Source: Squalus acanthias (lineage: Eukaryota). Taken from it: 64,000 bases of DNA. The position numbers and the translations under genes are program-made. The notes under the pieces were generated by a model, which ran no database searches, was not told where the DNA came from, and saw nothing but the letters and a program-made list of their open reading frames with translations. Shown piece by piece: positions 43,596 to 64,000 of the stretch. The stretch lies in assembly GCA_030390025.1 (NCBI GenBank), contig CM059441.1, positions 4,774,001 to 4,838,000 of the forward strand. The letters are read 5' to 3'. Every line of letters begins with the position of its first letter. The first letter of the stretch is position 1.

Positions 43596-45333
43596 AGTAT
43601 ATTCAAGTATATTCAAGACAGAGATCGATAGATTTTTGGATATTAAGGGAATCAAGGGATATGGAGATCGGGCAGGAAGGTGGGGTTGAGGTCAAAGATC
43701 AGCCATGATCTTATTGAATGGCGGAGCCGGCTTGAAGGGCTGAATGGCCGACTCCTGCTCCTATTTCTTATGTTCTTATGTAACAACTTGCATTTATACA
43801 ACACCTTTAACGTAGTAAAACATCCCACCACTTCCAAATGTCAGTGCAATTCAAAACCTATAAAGGATAGAAATCAATCCAACAATGTTTTAAAATTATT
43901 ATATCTGCTCCAGTTTGAACCTGAATGGTTATATGAGAAGTAGAAGATAAATCAGAACTGCTTTGTTATTTGCCAATAGAATAGAAACAAGTCTAATTAT
44001 ATAACGAGTAGCAAAGTTTTTGACTAACCAATGCATGTGAGCGAATTCTATTGCCCACCTAGAATACCATAAAAATGTTATATATTGGTCTTGGCTGTGC
44101 CTGTATCCGTGAACCATTCAAAACAGTGCCCCCAGGTGGTAATACTGTGGTACTGCAGGACACCAACAATAGTGATAAAATGGGATGTTTGATTTTGTAG
44201 TACAACTTTCCTTACATTTCACTAACTTAATTGATCCCCATATTTTTAATTTTTATGAATAATGTGGGATGAAAATTAAACACCGTTATTTATATTTAAT
44301 TTTTAAAGACACTGTTTTCCATGGTATTCCTGCTAGTGAGAACAGAGACTCCTCAGGTAAACATGGAGCTCTGGATCCCTGACGAGGAACTAGACCTCAA
44401 GGTGAAAAATGTTTGGTGGGAATAATGCAACAGACTGTTCAAGGAAATAGTGTTATCCCCAAAACTTCTGCACCATCATGTTCATTTTAATGTACAAATA
44501 TCAAATGTTATTAGATTTGAACATAATATTTTTGAAATTTAGGCAATAAAACTTTCCGTTAAACATTCTTTATGTATAATTTATATAATAAAATGATTTT
44601 TTTTGTACCTCAGTACAATTCCCACCCAGCCGGTACACTGTAGCAGCTTGCAATAGAATGTGTAAGTGTTGTGAAGGGTACTGCATAACCTCTTCTCCAT
44701 GAACTCTGAGCACGTGCGACTGAGCTGCTCCCTGGAGACTCCAACGTGTGAGCAGGTGGCCTGGTTCCTATCCAACAGCTAAAACAGGGTGTCTGAGCAG
44801 ATACACACTGCCAGTCTCAAAATCTTTGCTGGACAATAGTTGCCATATCGTTTCTGTTATATTAAGAATGTATTCCAAATAGCAAAACAGGGTCTGGAAT
44901 AATATCTTGTTGTATAACATTTGTACTGAATTTTCCCCAAAGAATTGATGTTATGAAGCAATACAGACACTGCAATTTTCAAAACACAAAAACAGTGTTT
45001 ACTTTAAATGAAATCTGCTACCTATTGATTATTGCACACACTTGCTCCTAGTTTACATCCCATTATCTTGGAAAATATATTACATGAGCAAAAATCCCAT
45101 TTCTGATTATTTATTACCCCATATTCAGGAGTGAGAAGTTCCAACTAAATAATCAGGGACTTTCTCATTCTTTGAGTGAACAAGGTATTTTATTGGTCCC
45201 ATGTGGTGTACAAGTGTATTATTTACTATATATTAAAGTTGTCATTTGCAGAACGCCATTCTAGTCCTGTGTCAACCTCTCTCTATGATAAATCTCATTC
45301 TAAAAGTGTCCACATTAACCTGCAAAACCTAAT

Positions 45334-46092
45334 GGGGGAGAAATTCGCTATCGCCCCGTTTGAGGCGCTAAATTTTGAAAGCTGGAAAAATTAGTGCCAG
45401 GCGCTAATCATTCTTAACTTTCGGTAAATTCAGTGTTAGCGCTCCAGGAAGGCAGTGGAGCACTAAATCAAGCGCTACCGCTTCCCTCCTGGAGCGCTAA
45501 ACCAAGCAGGGGGTGCGGTAGAGGTGCAGCGCTGCACAATGACCACTGCAGCGCTGCCGGGATCCGAGGGCTCCTTCCCTCCCTTAAAGGGAAGGGCCAT
45601 CGCTGCAGGCTCTGCATTTGAACTATCGCCCTCGTCGCCGACAGTAACCGGGATCCTCGACGATCAGCCCCGAGCACTCGAACAGAGCGCAGGGCTGATC
45701 AATCGCGCCATTTAAAAATGTTCAAAATGCACCCTAAAGGAAGGAAACACATTTCTACTGAAAACCAGCAGCCTTACCTTTAATTAGGACTCCCGAAGCG
45801 CCCGGCCTCCCGAACAACGCCTCCTGCAGCTGTCGGTGTCGTCGCCCGGCAATGCTGCAGGGGGCGGAACCGAATTTCAGGTCCGGGGCGCTAACGGGGT
45901 GCTGCGCAGCCGGATGACATCACGATCTCCGGGCGCAGGAGGGCGTGGCTCTAGGGGTTACCACCGCCGCAACCGCCAGGTGAATTTCGTGGGCGGCGGT
46001 AACATTGCCGCGCCCGGGCGGTAAGTCGTTAGCACCTCCAGGGGGCGATAACGGCACTAACAGGAGATGCTAACCAACCGAATTTCTCCCCC
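45334..46092. mobile_element. Non-autonomous TIR element (Harbinger/PHIS-like MITE), GC-rich
   Basis: Perfect TIR GGGGGAGAAATTCG / CGAATTTCTCCCCC, flanked by AAT / ATT. Confidence 0.85.
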
Positions 46093-47889
46093 ATTATACC
46101 TGTGATAGGTGTTTGCGATGTTAAAGATGTTGGTAATTTTATATATAGTTAAAATAATCTTTATTCAATCTGCATGCAGTATGGCCACCTGGTGCTGCTA
46201 CAGAGCAATTCTTGACTTTTGAAGAAGAACTTTGTCTAGGTGATCATATTACGTATTAAATATAAATAATTAGTGAAAAGGAGAAGGTAACAGCACAATT
46301 TCTACCTGTTTCTCTGTGTGCCATGGGGGTGAGGGGGAAAGATTGAGGAGGATGTTATTTTTACAGCAATGCAACGTTTGGCCACAACCTTGGTTCCTAA
46401 TGTAGCCGATATCGTGCTTCTGCCCACCCACCTTGTATTCGCCCTCACTGGCTCCAATATCCACTAGATCCTGAGCTGATTATCACACGCCACGCTGCCC
46501 CTAATCTGCACCGCCAATGGTGTGTTCGCTGTCTCCATACTACTAAAACTATATTGAAGCACGGGAGTAAGTAAAGATTTAAAAGGATGTTGCCAGAATT
46601 GAGAGGATGCAACTATCTCTTTTCTCTGGGAAAGATAAGACTAAGAGGAGACCTGATAGAGATCTTTAAAATTATGGAGGGGTTCGATATGGTGGATGAG
46701 AAGAGAATGTGAGTCCAGAACAATGGGACGTAAATATAAGATAGCAACTAACAGATCAAATAAATAAGTTAGGAGGAACTTCTTTACATAGAGAGCGGTG
46801 AGAATGTGAAACTCATTGCCATACGGAATGATTGAAACAGATAGCACTGACACATTGAAGGGGAGGCTTGATACATAGATGAGCGAGACGGGAATAGAGA
46901 GATATGGGGGAAGAATGGGAGGAGATAATTACAGTGGGAGGAGGTTCATGTGTAGTATAAACACCGGCATAGACCAGTTGGGCTGAATGGCCTCTCTCTG
47001 TGCTGTAGATTCGATGTAATTCTACGTAACAACTCAGAGGAATCAGTTTTGAATATGAATTGAGGAAAGTCATAAAGTTTATAATTATGAGCTGAGTACT
47101 GCTTATTTGCCTGCTTTAATTATAGAAAGCATCTGTTGGTTTATAGCCTTAGTCTCAGTCTGATCGAGTGTATATTCAGTCTGTCTATTGAAGAGAGGAG
47201 AATCTTATGACAGCACGTGACATATTCCAGTACACAGGCACATACTGGATCTGGCAATCGTTTACATAGATATTGGGCAGGTAAAGGCACACACTGGTTG
47301 TGGGGGATATGAGGTGCACTTATGGAAGTAATAGGTGTAACTGAATCCAATAGAATCCAATTAGGGTAAAATCCCAAAAAACTTAACCCTCAGATTGAAC
47401 AGAAAAACACAGACAGTAGCAATTTACAGGTCACTACAAGTATGTGACGAGGAGATTATCTGATCAGTTATGATGAAAGAAATATGAGAACATTCTTCCA
47501 TGATGCTCAAACAAACTTTCCACATAATGCATATAGAGTGACACAGTCAAGAAGAACATTTCTAATCATTTATATTAATTCCCTCAAAATTGCATTCTGT
47601 ACATAGAGGGTAAGATGCTTTCAGTTTGAAATTCTGATTATTTCAGAAACAGAAAGGCTGTACAAGTCCCAACTTCAACAGCAAAGCTCTTTGTAAGTGA
47701 AATGAAGCTTGCAGTAATGTTCGAAACAATGTATTATTTTGTTGCGAGACATTTTAGTGAAAGAAGCTCATTGCAGCAGAGACAAACAATTGCTGTGATA
47801 TTGCACAAACAATATTTGTCAATCTAATTAGATTCAACATATTGTTTGCAGATTTTATTGAAACTGTTAATCATCGATTCACAAATAAT

Positions 47890-48904
47890 GGGCAGAATTT
47901 GCTGTCAAAATAACAGTGAGGCTAATGGTACTATCCGTTATTTATGCAGCAATGGTACAGCAACTTCAGGTGAGGGGCAGGTGCGGGGTTAAACGCGGAT
48001 ATCCAGAAGTTACTGTCCGCATTGCGCTGCCCCACCTTTAGCTTCGCGAAAATGACATCTCGCTGTCTGCCTCACCCTTGAAATGACATCTCGCTGTCTG
48101 CCTCACCATTGAAATGACATCTCGCTGTCTGCCTCACCCTTGAAATGACATCTCGCTGTCTGCCTCACCCTTGAAATGACATCTCGCTGTCTGCCTCACC
48201 CTTGAAATGACATCTCGCTGTCTGCCTCACCATTGAAATGACATCTCGCTGTCTGCCTCACCCTTGAAATGACATCTCGCTGTCTGCCTCACCCTTGAAA
48301 TGACATCTCGCTGTCTGCCTCACCCTTGAAATGACATCTCGCTGTCTGCCTCACCCTTGAAATGACATCTCGCTGTCTGCCTCACCCTTGAAATGCATTG
48401 AATGGCATGAAGTTGCTGTATTTGCACAATAGATACGAATTAAACTCACCAGAGAAAGTCTTGTCGTTTTAAGTCTAAGTACCCTTTTAACAAAGTGATA
48501 AGTGTTAATAACTGCCAATCAACCTCTCTGGCACTGAAAATTAACTATTTCATGCGCGGAGTCTCATTCCTTCGGTTTTAATTGTTGTTGGAGATTCTGA
48601 AAATGTAAAATTAAAAATTGTTATTTTACTTTTTGTACCTGATTTGACATTGAATTAATTCACTCTAATTTACACTTCCTTCTCAGTCCTTGCACTGTTA
48701 ATTTCACAATCCTTCAATCTGATTGGTTAAGGAGATACACAATTGCTTGCCCTCTTCACTTAGGTCCCAGATGCCCAGTTTCCCTCGCTGTGACGTTATC
48801 AGCTCGCATTTTCAGCAACTTGTCATGCAAAAAATGTAAAAGCCAAACTGTGCAAGGGAAAGTCTAACTAACGTTAGATGCTCTGCCACAGCAAACTATG
48901 GCCG
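47890..48904. mobile_element. Non-autonomous TIR element containing an internal minisatellite
   Basis: Imperfect TIR gggcagaatttgctgt / acagcaaactatggccg, AAT on both flanks. Confidence 0.6.
48050..48395 (+). repeat. Minisatellite, 11 x 31 bp (aaatgacatctcgctgtctgcctcacc(c/a)ttg)
   Basis: Exact 31-bp period, no spacers. Confidence 0.97.
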
Positions 48905-50450
48905 AATGTTGTTTTTCATAAATGGGTAATGCAGAAATGTATTTTCTGCATCTTTAACTAAAGTTCATGTGTTTTCTATAAAGATTTAAAAAAATGATGC
49001 TAATATGAACAATGTTATTACCTTCAGTTGGATGCCATAAAAGGTAGCAGAATGTCATTAGCTGGACTGAGGTTAGTAGCTGTTTCAGTATAGTGTTTTG
49101 AACAAGATACAAGATGTATTCACATTGCAGCAGTGTGGGCTCATGCTACTGCCTTACTTAAACACTGCTATGAAGTAGTGAAATCACTCACAGCTATATA
49201 TATGCACACTTCCTGATGCTGAAATTTTGAAATCGATCAATTCTATTTCTGATGATATTGCATGCAAGGAACGCATTTCACAATGTGCAGTGTGTGGTGG
49301 GAAGGCAGTGCTCTATAATCACTGTAAACCAGAGTTCAAATTTGTGATAGGTATTTGACACTTCAAACCAGCTATTCCCCTGGAATTTTCAAATAGAAAA
49401 CCAATTTGAAAGTCAGAAGTTCCTGATATTTATTGGCCTTTAAATGCTGTAATATTTTAAATATGCCATGAAACTGCATTCTGTAGTTAACAACAACTTG
49501 TATTTATATAGCGCCTTTAACATAGTAAAACGTCCCGCTGTGCTTCACAGGAGCGTTATCAAACAAAATTTGATACTGAGCCACATAAGGAGATATTAGG
49601 GCAGATATTAGTAGGTTTTAAGGAGTGTCTTAAAGGAGGAAAGAGAGGTAGAGAGGTGGAGAGGCTTAGGGAGGGAATTCCAGAGCTTAGGTGCTTGGCA
49701 GCTGAAGGCATGGCCACCAATGGTGAAGCGATTAAAATTGGGGATTAAATGTAATTATACTCTGCCAGTATGTAAGCATACCGTGAACCTTTAATGCTGA
49801 TGTAGATTACAGGAACTATTGTGAAAAATTATTTCATGAAAAATAGATCCTGTCAGATCTTATAAATATGACAGGTCTCTGGTTCGAATCTGATGAGACA
49901 AAAGTCTCCTCTGTCTACTGGTTGTAAGGATTCTACCTGAAATGAGTCTAGGCAGTCTCAGTACCATTCCCAAAGTGTATAGGTCCACAGCGCAGAACTC
50001 CACCTACTTAGGTACGAATGAGCAATCAGAAGAGCCTTAGGTTTGCTGGTGTGGTAAATGGAAAAATATCAGTCACAGCAAAAAAAATGCTCTTCTAATG
50101 TTGGGTTGAGCTACATTATTGGGGCAGAGTAGAGGAAGCTAGGAGTGCTTGAATGTTGTACTGAATAATGTATTATTCCAAAATGCAGCTGTGTCCCTTT
50201 TTAAGGTCACAACGTTAAAACTGTTGTTGAGTCGACACAGCCTCAGGTCATTGCTGGATTGTCAAGGAACTTTGCAGATTGGAATGCTCAGAAGCACCCA
50301 ACATTTGAAGGTTGTTTTGTATGTGCAACAAAATACCTACATGTGCTAGAGATACCACTTTTAATATATTAAATAGCACATCATCTATGGCGTTCCTGCT
50401 CATGGTTGAGTCAGACAGCACATTGTTTTATAATAGGGCTATTATGTAAT

Positions 50451-51194
50451 GGCCCAGAAATTGATCTCGCTCTGTTCCCGCGGGGGTAAGCCTTCCCCGC
50501 GATGTCTCACCTCGCTTATGCTTTTTCTGATCCAGCTCGCACGAACTTGATGTTCCAGACATCAGCTGTGCTGGGCTTGCGTATCCCAGCGGCGTAGTGA
50601 ATTCGTGCGAGCTGTGGGATCACGTGACTCAGTTAGAGCCAATGGCAGCACACCATCTTCCATTCATAAGTCTCACAGCATGGCTGTGAGACTTATGAAT
50701 CTTACACCCCCCCAAAATAACAGCTAAACCTCAATTAAATTAAAAAAAAAACCCATCACATTAATAAAATAAGTATAGTTAATTAAATTAACCATTTTAA
50801 ATAAAAAATTAAATTTTTGAAAAAATTTAAAATCTTTTAAAAAGTTATAAAAATAAACTTACCTGTCTTTAAAGTCTATAAAAAAGATATACCTGTAAAA
50901 AAAAATTCAAAAAAATACTTAATTCACTACTTACCTTCTTAAAAGCGGGTCTTACTCCTCCTTTTTACATTTCCAAAATCTTCCCTACTTACCTGCGCGT
51001 CCAAAGCATGAAGTGCACAGCGTGCGCGCAGCCTGTAGCGCGCACGCGATGCACCCAGGCCCCGCCCCCTTTTCGGAAGAGCAATTGCCGGTTTTCAGCG
51101 CATGCGCAGGGCATGCAGAAAACCGGCAATTGGAGTGGGAATACGCGAGAGTACGCAGTGCGTACTCTCGCGTCCCGGGATCAATTTTCGGCCC
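50451..51194. mobile_element. Non-autonomous TIR element with AAT target duplication and internal palindromes
   Basis: TIR ggcccagaaattgatctcg / cgggatcaattttcggccc; AAT on both sides. Confidence 0.75.
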
Positions 51195-51368
51195 AATGTT
51201 TTGCACAATTTAGGAGTATCAGGGCCACTGATTTACCGTGACTAAATAAGTCAAATTGCGTATTTATCACGTGGCAGTCTAGGATTTTTAACAGTCTCTC
51301 CAAGGTTGAATCATACAATTCTGTCCATTTGTCAATGAAAACTGTAAATTAGTGGCCTTGATTACTAT

Positions 51369-52082
51369 GGAGTAGAGTTTCCACTTTGGGTGCAATCGGC
51401 GATTCCGGCACAAATTGCTCCCGTTTTGAAATGTGTTTTCCCCCCCACCCAAAGTTTCCACTCAAACTAATTTGCATATCGCTGAACGCAAAATCTGCTG
51501 TGAACCAGTGCAATCGGGCAGCGTTTTAAAACACTTTTTTTTTTAAAAGAAATTTTGCTTTAAAAAATTCATATATTTGAGAGTGGTAACTTGTTAAAGT
51601 TTGATTAATACAGATGAAAATGGGTTTATCACAAAAAATAAGCATTTTAAATCACAGTGTCAATCCACCACCTGTGAGTAACCAGATTTTAAATGACTAA
51701 AAATAACTTTAAAAAAATATACAAAACTATTTTCCTAGTTAGAATGGGGTCCAATAGTGAGTTCCTTAGCAAAAAAAATTTTTTTTAAATCATTCAAAAC
51801 CTATTAGGGTCCTTGCGCCCAAAAGTTCTAGCTTAATTTTTGGAGCCTCCTCGAAGGCCTGCAAATGTGTCCATTTAGCAGAAACTCCCAATGGTGATTA
51901 CTTCACCCTGGGGGTGTGGCCAGTATTGTGGGCAGGGCCTGCGTCTAGCTCTATGTTTTTGAAACTTGAGCTTCATGGAACGCAATTTGCACTTAATATT
52001 TCGCGATCTTTTGCGCCGGTTACGTCGATATCGGGGGAATTGCATAGAGAAAACCAGCGCAATCGAGCGGAAACTCCAGGCC
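51369..52082. mobile_element. Non-autonomous TIR element with TAT target duplication
   Basis: TIR ggagtagagtttccact / agcggaaactccaggcc; TAT on both sides. Confidence 0.65.
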
Positions 52083-52230
52083 TATATGTTTATTTATGTA
52101 CACTCAATTTTATCTTAGCTTTTGTAAAGCCCAAGGTACGCAGCAAGCTAGTAGGAAACCTATACCAGATAGGAGAAAGGTATCGAGGTCCTGAACCACA
52201 GGGGTTCTCCCGATCGCCTGCTGTAACTTT

Positions 52231-64000
<11,770 letters not shown>

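Noticed and set aside
45433-46024. GC-rich ORFs or apparent CpG-island promoter
   Set aside because: Entirely contained within a TIR-bounded MITE; no recognisable protein.
48050-48395. CRISPR-like appearance of the 31-bp repeats (also 21135-21505)
   Set aside because: Head-to-tail repeats with no unique spacers, no cas genes, and a eukaryotic context.

Overview
Eukaryotic vertebrate DNA, most likely a cartilaginous fish (shark), judged from the SINE, CR1/L2, Penelope and Harbinger repeat content. The window holds a complete 9-exon LEMD2 gene on the minus strand (CDS 23810 to 4443, 728 aa by my splicing). Its exon 1 is enlarged by about 20 tandem 12-aa Tyr/Ser-rich repeats and a Pro-Ala-Tyr repeat. 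Next to it is a complete prepromotilin gene (MLN, minus strand, 115 aa), matching the vertebrate LEMD2-MLN synteny. The predicted mature peptide FLSFLSPNDYQKKLENDRIRLG-RK carries the ghrelin-type SFLSP core and a possible amidation signal. After a 500-N gap (37118-37617) come a decayed two-gene Harbinger transposon and several GG-terminated MITEs. From 52231 to the end is a near-identical second copy of window positions 1-11805, including LEMD2 exons 5-9; this is either a haplotype-derived false duplication or a very recent tandem duplication. Penelope-derived elements carry minimal hammerhead-ribozyme motifs, two of them back-to-back in one hairpin. All calls come from reading the sequence by eye; no database searches were run.
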